From an uncultured Gemmatimonadota bacterium (GTDB taxonomy: Bacteria; Gemmatimonadota; CAZMKB01; CAZNLH01), in the NCBI GenBank assembly GCA_964577985.1, contig CAZOAR010000007.1, forward strand, positions 659-64,658: DNA of 64,000 nt, read 5' to 3'. The notes below the pieces were generated by a model that did no database searches, was not told the DNA's origin, and saw nothing but the letters and a program-made list of their open reading frames with translations. Positions 30,149 to 39,634 of the stretch are shown piece after piece. Every line of letters begins with the position of its first letter. Within the stretch, counting starts at the first letter, position 1. The translations under genes were made by a program, and so were the position numbers.

Positions 30149-30550
30149 ATGCCGGACAACACGGGGAAGATACACCTCAAGATACTCACCCCCGAGAAGA
30201 CCCTCTTCGAGAAAGACGTTGATTCGGTCGTCCTGACGGCGCATGACGGTGAGATGGGCTTCCTCCCGAAGCATGCCCCACTGATAACGTCTTTGGGCAT
30301 CGGCGAATTGAGGGCGACTACCGGGAGTGAAAAGCTGCATTTCGCCACTCACAACGGCTTCGCCCGCATGGAGGACAATCATCTCCTCGTGCTGGCGGAC
30401 GTCGCGGAGAGTCCCGCTGAGATAGATGTCGCCAGGGCGCAGGAGGCGCTGGCGCGGGCGCGGGAAGAGGGGCGCAAAAAAGGTGGCTACGAATATCTTC
30501 GAGCGGTGCAGCGAGCAAGAACACGCCTGAAAATCCTTCCCGGGAAGTAG
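30149..30550 (+). CDS. atpC: F1 subunit epsilon
   Basis: ILTPEK, GEMGFLPKHAPL, IDVARA; SD AGGAG before MPDN. Confidence 0.93.
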   Translation: MPDNTGKIHLKILTPEKTLFEKDVDSVVLTAHDGEMGFLPKHAPLITSLGIGELRATTGSEKLHFATHNGFARMEDNHLLVLADVAESPAEIDVARAQEALARAREEGRKKGGYEYLRAVQRARTRLKILPGK

Positions 30551-30678
30551 CCCCGCGGCGAACGTTGCATGTCTGGCGACACAGGGCCATGTCGATACTT
30601 ATCCCGCAGTTGCATAACCTGGTGAAAATAGGCAGATTAACTTGATCACTGTTACGAAAGGGTTCGGTGTCTGGTCAA

Positions 30679-32718
30679 ATGAGAAGAATTAGACCGTTTT
30701 TTCAGCTCAAGGTGGCGCTTCTGGCGGCGGCATTCGTGACGGCCCCCCACCTCCTCTCCCCATTTGGCCCGCACGAGGCTATCGCCTCCGGGGCGGTATC
30801 CCCCGAGAGGGTCATTGTCCTCGGTTTTGATGGGGCAGATCCGAACCTCATGGCGAAATGGATTGACGAGGGTCAGCTTCCCAATCTGAAGAAGTTATCG
30901 GAGACCGGCTACTTCCATCCGCTCAGGACAACCAATCCGCCTCAGTCTCCTGTCGCCTGGTCATCCTTTACAACAGGCACGTGGCCTGGAGATCACGGAA
31001 TATTTGACTTTCTCAGGAGGGATCCAAAGACCTACATGCCGGACGTCTCGTATCTTTCGACCGTGAAACCGACGTTCCATTTTTTTGACCTGCTCCTCGA
31101 CGAGCCCGCGAAGGCGATAAACAGACGGCGGGGAGAGCCCTTCTGGAAAACAGCGAGCGATCAGGGCCACCGGGTGGTTGTCCTGAGTGTTCCATACAGC
31201 TTTCCACCGGATACCCTGCCTGAGGGAAAAATGTTGTCTGGGCTTGGAGTCCCCGACCTGAGGGGTACCAACAGCACTTTCACATTCTTCGGGACCAACA
31301 TTACAGCGTCAGAGGCAGCCAGGGGCGCGGGCGGCGCTAAGTTTGTCAGGATCAGAAAGAGTGGCTCGAAACCGATTGAGACGGTTGTTGAAGGCCCGGT
31401 AGACCCGACAGCGGAGGAATACACGAGACTGACGGTGCCTCTCACGTTCGAGGTGAACGGCCAGGCCTCGTCAATAGGCATCTCGATGCAGGGGCAGACC
31501 GAGAACGTCAAGAAGGGCGAGTGGAGTCCCTGGTTCGAGATATCATACAAGATAACTCCTTTCTACACGATAAGCGGAATATGCCGCTTCTATGTCAAGC
31601 AGGTAGCGCCTGAGGTGCAGGTCTACCTGTCGCCGCTCAGCTATCACCCGGACGATCCCTATATCCCTTTCACCTACCCCCGCTCGTTCTCCAGCGAACT
31701 CAAGGAAAAGGTGGGGTTCTTCAAGGCCGTAGGATGGGTCCATGACACGTCGGCGCTAAACTCCGAGAAGATCACGGAGGATCAGTTCCTCGACGAGATG
31801 CGTCAGATTATGGACAAGCGTCGGGAGATCACGCTCCGCTGTCTCGAAGACGAAAACTTCGAGCTTCTGATCTCAGTCTTTACCGCCACCGATCGCGTGT
31901 CCCACATGTTCTGGCGCCTTACAGACCCGCTGCATCCGAGGTACGACGAGGATCTGGCAGGGAAATATGGCGACGCCATCCTCAATACTTACAAGAGGAT
32001 GGACGATATCGTCGGTGAGATAATGGATAAACACGTCGACGAGAAGACCGTTCTGATGATCGTTTCAGACCATGGTTTTCACAGCTACCGGTACGGGCTC
32101 AACGTCAACACCTGGCTCGTGCGGAATGGCTATATGTTCCTGAAAGGGATGGTCGCGGGCAGGGATATTCCGGATAAGCTCTTCAGCAGCAGGGAGTTCT
32201 TCCCCAACGTCGACTGGAAAAGGACCAGGGCGTACGCTATCGGTACCGGCCAGGTATTTATAAATCTCAAGGGCAGAGAGGGCCAGGGGATTGTAAAACC
32301 CGGTGAAGAGGAGGATGCTCTGATCCAGGAAATAAAGACGAAGCTCCTGGCGATCGAAGACCCGGCGACCGGCGTCAAGGTCCTCTCCAATGTATATCTG
32401 AAGGAAGGAGAATCTCTGGGCGCGTCATCCGGGAAAGCGCCCGATATCCAGCTCGCCTTCAGGGAGGGCTACTGCACGTCATGGGAGACCCGCCTCGGCG
32501 GTATACCGAAGGAGCTGTTCCTCCCGAATGAGAAGAAGTGGAGCGGTGAGCACGCGGCCTCCGATGTCGCGGAGACGAGTGGAATCTTCTTCTCGAGCGT
32601 AAAGCCATCCGATCTGGAACCGAGAATTGTTGACGTCTCGGTGACTGCTCTTGAACTCCTCGGAGCGAGTAGGAAACCTGAAATGAAAGGGGTTAACCTC
32701 TTTGACGTTGCGCATTAG
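30679..32718 (+). CDS. Exported alkaline-phosphatase-superfamily (type I phosphodiesterase/NPP-like) protein
   Basis: VIVLGFDGAD, TTNPPQSPVAWSSFTTG, DRVSHMFW, VSDHGF, WSGEH; N-terminal signal-like segment (start 30667 or 30679). Confidence 0.85.
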   Translation: MRRIRPFFQLKVALLAAAFVTAPHLLSPFGPHEAIASGAVSPERVIVLGFDGADPNLMAKWIDEGQLPNLKKLSETGYFHPLRTTNPPQSPVAWSSFTTGTWPGDHGIFDFLRRDPKTYMPDVSYLSTVKPTFHFFDLLLDEPAKAINRRRGEPFWKTASDQGHRVVVLSVPYSFPPDTLPEGKMLSGLGVPDLRGTNSTFTFFGTNITASEAARGAGGAKFVRIRKSGSKPIETVVEGPVDPTAEEYTRLTVPLTFEVNGQASSIGISMQGQTENVKKGEWSPWFEISYKITPFYTISGICRFYVKQVAPEVQVYLSPLSYHPDDPYIPFTYPRSFSSELKEKVGFFKAVGWVHDTSALNSEKITEDQFLDEMRQIMDKRREITLRCLEDENFELLISVFTATDRVSHMFWRLTDPLHPRYDEDLAGKYGDAILNTYKRMDDIVGEIMDKHVDEKTVLMIVSDHGFHSYRYGLNVNTWLVRNGYMFLKGMVAGRDIPDKLFSSREFFPNVDWKRTRAYAIGTGQVFINLKGREGQGIVKPGEEEDALIQEIKTKLLAIEDPATGVKVLSNVYLKEGESLGASSGKAPDIQLAFREGYCTSWETRLGGIPKELFLPNEKKWSGEHAASDVAETSGIFFSSVKPSDLEPRIVDVSVTALELLGASRKPEMKGVNLFDVAH

Positions 32719-32719
32719 T

Positions 32720-32814
32720 TGTCATTCCCGCTTGCCGGGAATATCTCTTATGAAGGATGCCGGACACGCCGGCATGACAGACGCTGTGGTGATTCCGGAC
32801 AAGCCGGCATGGCA
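32720..32814. repeat. Cluster of three REP-like palindromes
   Basis: TGTCATTCCCGCTTGCCGGGAATATC; inverted GGATGCCGGACACGCCGGCATGACA; inverted GATTCCGGACAAGCCGGCATGGCA. Confidence 0.75.
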
Positions 32815-32893
32815 AACCGCAGTGTTATTTTAGAGCGTGCTCAACTATTTCTGACGTTGTGTCAGGAATAGATCGTGACTCAGAACGGAGTGA

Positions 32894-34564
32894 ATGGTAA
32901 TCATGAAGACAATATTGTTAGGCCTCGACGGCGCGACATTCGATAACATTAAGCCCTGGGCCGAAGAAGGCCTGATGCCCAACTTCAAGAAAGCGATGGA
33001 GGCGGGTACATGGGGAGAGCTGAGGTCAACCATCCCGCCGACGACCCCGCCGGCGTGGGCGACGACCGTTACGGGAAAAAATCCCGGGAAGCATGGGATC
33101 TATGACTTCCGGGAATCGTTTCTCTTCGATCCAAGGAGGCCGATCATCAACTCCAGGTCGATCAGAGCGGCGAAGTTGTGGCACATCCTCAACAATCTCG
33201 GCAAGAAGGTCGGGGTCATGAATGTCCCGATCACATATCCACCCGAAGAGGTCGACGGCTTCATGATCTCAGGTATGATGACACCGTCACCTGACCACGA
33301 CTACACCCATCCGAAAAGCCTCAAGGAAGAGATTAAGGCTGCCGTGGGTGACTATGTCCCTAACATCGATATACCGCAGTACGATGTGGAGTTCCTCGAT
33401 GACGCCATGAGGTTTTTCAAGGACATGCGTTACTGTTTCGAGAAGCGGCGCGACGCGTTCTTCTGGCTGCTGGAGAATAAGGAGTGGGATTTCTTCATGC
33501 CGGTCTTCGTAATCACCGACCGGATCGGTCACCTCTTCTGGAAATACCTTTCACCGGACAGCAAGAAGTTTTACAACCACAAGAACGCGGAGAGGATCCG
33601 CCAGGAGATCAGGGATTGCTACGGGCTGGTCGATGACATGTTCGGCATGCTGCTGGAAAGACTCGACGACGACACTACGCTTGTGGTAATGTCGGACCAC
33701 GGCTTCGGATACACCTACAAGTGGATCAACGTCAACAGGTGGCTCAGGGATATCGGCCTCCTGACCCTCCAGGGCAGCGTGTCGTGGAAGAAATCACTCT
33801 TCTTCTCGATCATGCAGCTCAATGACTCCCGCCTCGTCAAGACACTCATTCCGGACGCCGTACAGAGTGCTCTACGCGGGAAGATCCGCAAGGGACGTGG
33901 CACGCTCAAGACCGACGTGGACTCGACGATAGACTGGACCAGGACAAAGGCGTTCTTCGCCAGTATACCGACGCAGGGGATATTCATCAATGTCAGGAAA
34001 GAGGGTGTCAACGGCATCGTCAACCCGGGGAAGGAATACAACGAGCTGAGGGACCTCATAAAGAAGAAACTCTACGAGATAAAGGACCCTGACACCGGAG
34101 AGCAGGCGATCCAGAAGGTGATATTCCGTGAAGAGATATACAGCGGGCCTGAGATGGAGATGGCCCCGGATATCCTCTTCGTCTCTCACGATTACGGCTA
34201 TCTCGGTCGACAACTCTTCGGCGCAAAGAAGTGGATAGAGACAAGCGAGAACCTGGCAAACGGTTTTCACCGCATGAATGGCGTCTTCATGGCGTTTGGC
34301 AAAAACATCAAGGAAGGCTACAAGGTGGAAGGAGCCGGGCTGGAGAATATCGCCCCGACGATCCTGCACGCGATGGGTTTCCCGGTGCCGGACGACATGG
34401 ACGGGGAAGTACTCACCTCTATCATGAAGGATGACTGGCTCAAGGCGCATCCCGTCAAGATAGAGCCGCCCGACAAGTTCACGGGCAAGGATCGCGACGT
34501 CTATTCGGACGACGAAGAGGATGTTATCAAGGATCGTCTCGCGGGACTCGGATATATCGAATAG
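32894..34564 (+). CDS. Alkaline-phosphatase-superfamily (NPP-like) protein without signal peptide
   Basis: LLGLDGAT, STIPPTTPPAW, DRIGHLFW, MSDHGFG, NGFHRMNG, C-terminal RLAGLGY. Confidence 0.88.
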   Translation: MVIMKTILLGLDGATFDNIKPWAEEGLMPNFKKAMEAGTWGELRSTIPPTTPPAWATTVTGKNPGKHGIYDFRESFLFDPRRPIINSRSIRAAKLWHILNNLGKKVGVMNVPITYPPEEVDGFMISGMMTPSPDHDYTHPKSLKEEIKAAVGDYVPNIDIPQYDVEFLDDAMRFFKDMRYCFEKRRDAFFWLLENKEWDFFMPVFVITDRIGHLFWKYLSPDSKKFYNHKNAERIRQEIRDCYGLVDDMFGMLLERLDDDTTLVVMSDHGFGYTYKWINVNRWLRDIGLLTLQGSVSWKKSLFFSIMQLNDSRLVKTLIPDAVQSALRGKIRKGRGTLKTDVDSTIDWTRTKAFFASIPTQGIFINVRKEGVNGIVNPGKEYNELRDLIKKKLYEIKDPDTGEQAIQKVIFREEIYSGPEMEMAPDILFVSHDYGYLGRQLFGAKKWIETSENLANGFHRMNGVFMAFGKNIKEGYKVEGAGLENIAPTILHAMGFPVPDDMDGEVLTSIMKDDWLKAHPVKIEPPDKFTGKDRDVYSDDEEDVIKDRLAGLGYIE

Positions 34565-34631
34565 CTGCTACGATTCCGGACAGAATCGAGGACGAGCAAT
34601 GGAAAAACAGTTGGGAAAGAGACGTTAGAGA

Positions 34632-35660
34632 ATGAAAAAACATGTCATCAACCTCGTGAAGTTCGCCGTCACGTTCGGTATAATCTATCTGATACTGCAG
34701 CGTTTCCAGATAGGCTGGACGGACATCCACACCGCGCTCACCGAATCGAACCCATGGTGGTTCGTGGCCTCGATAGCCACCCAGATAGCGGCCATAACAT
34801 TCTCTATCCTGCGGTGGAAAACCCTGCTCGATGGACAGGATCTGATCCTGCCGACCAGGCACCTGATCAACACGTATCTCGTCGGACGTTTCCTGGGCAC
34901 ATTCACCCCGACGGGTGTCGGCCTGGAGGCATACAAGGCATATGACGTGGCCCGATACACGGGCAAGGCAACCGAGTCAGTCGCTGTCATCCTCATAGAG
35001 AAGATAGTCGCCACCTTCTTTTCGCTGAGCGTAATGGTGCTCATCACGCTCCCCTTCGTAGAGCTGGGTACCACCTTTCTCGGCGTGTTTTTTCTCTTTT
35101 TCTTCTTTCTCCTGCTGCTGGCGTTGATTCTCCTCTTCAAACCATCCGTCATCGAGAAGATACTCTCTCTCAACTTCCCGATGAAGGGGAAAATCGAGGG
35201 GAAACTGAGAGAGGCGGTAGACGCCTTCACAGTTTACAGCCACCGCAAGGGATGCCTGCTCAAAGCCATGTTCTTCGGCTTCTTCGTCTATATCTCTCTT
35301 TTCGCGACGTATTATACGAACTCGCTCGCCCTGCACGCCGGTGTCGGTTTTCTCGACGTCCTGAGGGTGGGGCCTCTCACACAGATTGCAACAATGATCC
35401 CCCTCTCGATCGCCGGAATCGGCCTGAGGGAGGGAGCATTCATAGGGCTTCTCGACGCAGCCGGTGTAACATTCAACAGTTCGGCAACGGTGCTGACCGC
35501 GACTATGTGGTATTTCGTCAGTATCTCCGTCAACATAGTCGGGGCGATCATATTCCTCACCAGAAAGACCGATTACGAAAACATCCGGACAGAGAACGTC
35601 CAGACCCTCATGAGAGACGGCAGGATAGAGGAAGGCACAGGTAAGAACAATGGCAAATAA
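34632..35660 (+). CDS. Lysylphosphatidylglycerol-synthase-TM / flippase-like membrane protein
   Basis: RWKTLL, PTGVG.E..K, IEKI, IPLSIAGIGLREGAF; multi-TM. Confidence 0.85.
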   Translation: MKKHVINLVKFAVTFGIIYLILQRFQIGWTDIHTALTESNPWWFVASIATQIAAITFSILRWKTLLDGQDLILPTRHLINTYLVGRFLGTFTPTGVGLEAYKAYDVARYTGKATESVAVILIEKIVATFFSLSVMVLITLPFVELGTTFLGVFFLFFFFLLLLALILLFKPSVIEKILSLNFPMKGKIEGKLREAVDAFTVYSHRKGCLLKAMFFGFFVYISLFATYYTNSLALHAGVGFLDVLRVGPLTQIATMIPLSIAGIGLREGAFIGLLDAAGVTFNSSATVLTATMWYFVSISVNIVGAIIFLTRKTDYENIRTENVQTLMRDGRIEEGTGKNNGK

Positions 35661-37557
35661 TTCTGAGAACAATATCTGCACGCTGTCGCGTATCCGAATC
35701 GGGATCCTGTCCGCCCTGCCGGCGGGAGCGTTAGTAGGGATACTCGAATCGATCGTTGTGGTCACAGGCACCGCGGGGCTCCGTGACTGGTGGGTCTTCT
35801 GTTATGCCGCTATCACTTACGGGCTGATGGCCCTCCCGGTCGGGATCGGCCTCAGCGTGTCCGGCGCTATCCTGGCGGCTGTCACCGGGAAGAAAAGCAG
35901 TGCGGACCGGGCGTATTCCTTCTATTTCTCGGCGACATTTACCGCCGTGCTTCTCATCATCGGGAGGTTCCGGCTCATCCGCGACGTCTACCACGAAATC
36001 GGCCCTGGTGTTTCCCTCGATATCAAGCTCCTGGGGGGCGCAGTCCTGCTTTTCGTGACACTTCATTTTCTCCTCTTCGGCAGGCTCTTCAGCGCGGCTT
36101 CACTGCGGCGACTCGCGAGGACCGGGAGGGCCGTCTGTACCTACTTGATGATCATCATCCTTGCGGCAGCGGTTTCCTTTTTCGGTGGCCCGTCCGCCGG
36201 TACGGATCGCGTGGAGCTCACAGGCACCGCGGATGGTCCCAATGTGCTCCTGATAATTGTGGACACACTCAGGGCCGATCATCTGCAGGCGTATGGATAT
36301 GACGCCATTGAGACCCCCGCCATAGATGGGCTTGCGGCCGACGGGATACTCTACAGAAAGGACTTTTCCCAGGCGTCCTGGACGAAACCGGCGATCGCGT
36401 CCATAATGACGGGTCTCTATCCATCCACGCACCAGGCCATCCACAAGGCGAACATCCTGCCGGATGATGTCACCACGCTTGCTGAGTCACTCGAGGGCGC
36501 GGGATACAATACCATCGGGCTTCCGAACAACGAGAATATATTCCCGGCGAGGAATTTCCAGCAGGGCTTCAAGGTATACGAACCTCTCGAACCGGATTTC
36601 TTTTTCTTCGCGACCGAATCCGCCTTTCACCTTACGCTCTATAACCAGATGCGGCTGGTCCGCGAACGGTTCCTCTTTCAAAGCAAGCAGGTGCAGCACT
36701 ACTACCAGGACGCAGCGCGGGTTGATGAACACGCTACTGAGTGGCTCGACCGGATAGCGGACAAGGGGAGTTTTTTCCTCTTCCTTCACTACATGGAGCC
36801 GCACGATCCCTATTTTCCACACCCATATGACGGCACCGGCTTCGCCAGGGTGAACAACCCTCACCCATCGCCGGAGATGGCACAGACCTACATGGAGACA
36901 TACGACGGCGAGATCGTCTATCTGGACGAGCATCTCGGTGAACTCTTCGATCACCTCAAGGAAGCGGGACTGTACGATGATCTCATGATCGTCCTGACCG
37001 GCGACCACGGAGAGGAGTTCTTCGAGCATAACGGATGGTGGCACGGTACCACACTCTACGAGGAGCAGATCAACGTTCCCCTGATCATCAAGCTGCCTGG
37101 AAACGAACACGGCGGGACCGAAGTCGAGGGGCTTGTCAGATCGATAGATGTCGCTCCGACCATCCTTTCGCTTGCGGGCGCAGAAGCACCGCCGACGCTC
37201 CAGGGTCATAATATCCTCCCGGATTCAGCCGGCGTTGTGAGTGGACAGGACTTCGTCTTCTCCGAAGAACAGCTCGAGGGCAACGCTCTTCAGTCGGTAC
37301 GGGGAGAGGCGTGGAAACTCATCCTGGCCAATGACGGTAATCCTCGGGGGCTCGAACCCGAGGAACTCTACAATCTCCCTTCGGATCCGACAGAATCGGC
37401 CAACCTGTCCGGCGATGAGCGTGATGTAGTAGACTCGCTGCGGGAGCGGGCGGCGCAGACATCGTCGCAGGCCCTTGAGGTAGCCGTAAAGGCCGAGGCA
37501 CAGGAGATGGGAGATGTTGAACGCGAGCGTCTCAAGGCACTCGGTTACGTCCAGTAG
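35650..37557 (+). CDS. Membrane-anchored sulfatase-like hydrolase/transferase
   Basis: About 5 N-terminal TMs; LIIVDTLRADH, SWTKPAIASIMTG, HYMEPHDPY, TGDHGEEF, terminal RLKALGY. Confidence 0.85.
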   Translation: MANNSENNICTLSRIRIGILSALPAGALVGILESIVVVTGTAGLRDWWVFCYAAITYGLMALPVGIGLSVSGAILAAVTGKKSSADRAYSFYFSATFTAVLLIIGRFRLIRDVYHEIGPGVSLDIKLLGGAVLLFVTLHFLLFGRLFSAASLRRLARTGRAVCTYLMIIILAAAVSFFGGPSAGTDRVELTGTADGPNVLLIIVDTLRADHLQAYGYDAIETPAIDGLAADGILYRKDFSQASWTKPAIASIMTGLYPSTHQAIHKANILPDDVTTLAESLEGAGYNTIGLPNNENIFPARNFQQGFKVYEPLEPDFFFFATESAFHLTLYNQMRLVRERFLFQSKQVQHYYQDAARVDEHATEWLDRIADKGSFFLFLHYMEPHDPYFPHPYDGTGFARVNNPHPSPEMAQTYMETYDGEIVYLDEHLGELFDHLKEAGLYDDLMIVLTGDHGEEFFEHNGWWHGTTLYEEQINVPLIIKLPGNEHGGTEVEGLVRSIDVAPTILSLAGAEAPPTLQGHNILPDSAGVVSGQDFVFSEEQLEGNALQSVRGEAWKLILANDGNPRGLEPEELYNLPSDPTESANLSGDERDVVDSLRERAAQTSSQALEVAVKAEAQEMGDVERERLKALGYVQ

Positions 37558-37795
37558 ACCCTGTTTGCCCGATCATTCCCCGAATTGTCTTCCGCATCCC
37601 CTGGAATAAGGATCTCAGCAGCAGCCTCGCAATTCTCAACACGATTTATTCCATTAACGTCAACCGAGGGTGTCTCTCATGCTCAGACAAATAATATTCC
37701 TCTTCCGCCTCGCGAGCATTGTCTTCCCCGCAGCATCCCCGGGAGGCGAGATTGAAGACTGGACCAATCCGTGCAACTCATCAGATCCGCCTCCT

Positions 37796-38205
37796 TCAGA
37801 CCTTTTCTATCCTGACAGCGCATTTCTTGTAATCATTCTGCTTGGAAATCGGGCAGAAGGCATCCAGGGTTACCTTGTTTATCATAACGTCCACGTCGAA
37901 CCATGGCACAAAAACCATCCCCTCCTGGGGGGTCACCCGGCCACCCGGCTGGGCGCATACTTCCACTTCCCCCCGGCGTGAGACGAGCCGTGGTCCCCCT
38001 TGACCGCCATTATCTTCCCGTCAGCAACTCCGACGAGGACACTGCAACCCGTTCCGCAGAACCGACATGGCGCCTTGTCCCGGATCAGGTCCTTTTCGGG
38101 GTCTCCCGCGAAGGCTTCATACGGATTGAGGTAGATCGTTCCCCCCAGCACCGAGATGGCAATCGAACCCTTTCTTATGAACTCTCTCCTGGTAATCTTC
38201 TTCAT
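37796..38205 (-). pseudogene. napA: Periplasmic nitrate reductase large subunit, internally deleted
   Basis: Tat signal TRREFIRK and DKAPCRFCGTGC (71 codons) joined out of frame to the C-terminal 64 codons [44 protein letters not shown]. Confidence 0.9.
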
Positions 38206-38493
38206 CTGTCTTCTCCCATGCATGACTCCTCCGGGGGAATGTGTCACCGGGTCTTTCGGATTGAAGAATGATTATTGATTGCAAACAGAGGGGATGCGCA
38301 TCGCGTGCGTGTTAATATAACTGGCCCTGATGACTTCACAAATCTCCTGAATTTCAATGATGATTCCCGGACGGGGCCCCCCATGCTTTTCCCCGAAAGA
38401 GAATCCCCGTGTGAGCTTGACAAATTATCAGGGTGTGGTATGTGACATCTACCTTCAGACAGGCTTCCACGGCGATCGACCGCTGTGTCCTCT

Positions 38494-39510
38494 TCACTTT
38501 CTCCTCTTCACCCTCTCCAGCAGGCTTTCCATCAACAATCCCAGTATGAGGGCGTACATTAGATTGCCGCTCATGACCCCGGCGAGCCCCATGACAACCG
38601 CGACTGCGTGTTTCTCCCGAAGGCGTCTGATGAGCCACACGTGGCAGAGTGCGACATAGAGGAGCATCGACCCCAGGACCCAGGGCGGGATAGAGCTGAA
38701 GATCAGATCACCAGACCCTACAAAGATCACCGATATCAATACGAATGCTCCGCCGGTGATGAGTGTAGCCCCCGCCGTGCGGGCTCCGAAGCGGTAGTGG
38801 GCGGTGAAGCCACCGGATCCATGACAGACGGGAAGACCTCCGAGGAATCCGATCAGGATATTCGAGAACCCGAGAGACAGGGCCAGACGCCGGGGCGACG
38901 CGCGCCTGGCACTCTCTACAAAATAGTCCCGGGCTACATCGGAAGCGGCGTAGACCGCGTTGCCAAGCGTCAGGGGAAGTTGCGGCAGGACCAGCACCCA
39001 CAGGGCGGGCAGGAAGATGGAGAGCTCAGGCAACGAGAGCGGCGCGATCCGGGCACTCTCGACAACCGGGCAGGAAGAAAGTGTGAACAGGCCGACACTG
39101 GTCTTTATCAGCATCAGCCCCACTCCAAGCTGAATTCCCTTGACGATCGGGCGGGTGAAGTATCGTGACAGCCAGTCGATCTTGCCCGTCAGCACCAGCA
39201 GGAGAAGAATCAGACCCATCCAGATTCCTGCCGCGGAGATCATCGGCATCCCCAGTCCACCGGCTATGGCTATGGCCGCCATCGCCTTCAGCGGCTGGAC
39301 CGGGATCGGTAGCCTGAAGTAAAGCGCCGCCGTGATATATACGAGTCCGACAAGAAATATCGAGCGTGCCGGCGGCAGGCCATTCAAGGCTACAAGGCTC
39401 ATGTAAACCGGGACAAACGTCCCCAGGTCTCCCAGCGCTCCCGACCACTCTCTCAATCCGAGCCTGATCGGCAATGCGCCGCCTTTCTCGGGTCGCTCCA
39501 GAATAGTCAT
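38494..39510 (-). CDS. MOT1-family putative molybdate/sulfate transporter
   Basis: EWSGALGDLGTFVP, PIPVQPLKAMAAIAI, QLPLTLGNAV, PVCHGSGGFTAHYRFGART. Confidence 0.88.
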   Translation of the reverse strand: MTILERPEKGGALPIRLGLREWSGALGDLGTFVPVYMSLVALNGLPPARSIFLVGLVYITAALYFRLPIPVQPLKAMAAIAIAGGLGMPMISAAGIWMGLILLLLVLTGKIDWLSRYFTRPIVKGIQLGVGLMLIKTSVGLFTLSSCPVVESARIAPLSLPELSIFLPALWVLVLPQLPLTLGNAVYAASDVARDYFVESARRASPRRLALSLGFSNILIGFLGGLPVCHGSGGFTAHYRFGARTAGATLITGGAFVLISVIFVGSGDLIFSSIPPWVLGSMLLYVALCHVWLIRRLREKHAVAVVMGLAGVMSGNLMYALILGLLMESLLERVKRRK

Positions 39511-39634
39511 CCCCCGATCCCGCACACCGATAGCGTGCGCGCAAAGACACCGAAGTTTCCCGTCTCATGCCATCTTGTCGCGCAACCCGTCATGACGGCG
39601 CGACTCCGGCTTCATCACCATGGAGCTCCTGCCC

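Noticed and set aside
37683-37781. SD+ATG ORF after napA as napB/napG
   Set aside because: No CxxCH or ferredoxin motif in any frame; only 32 codons
38416-38432. CTTGACAAATTATCAGG as an FNR site upstream of napA
   Set aside because: Spacer is 5 nt rather than the 4 nt of TTGAT-N4-ATCAA, and half-sites are imperfect
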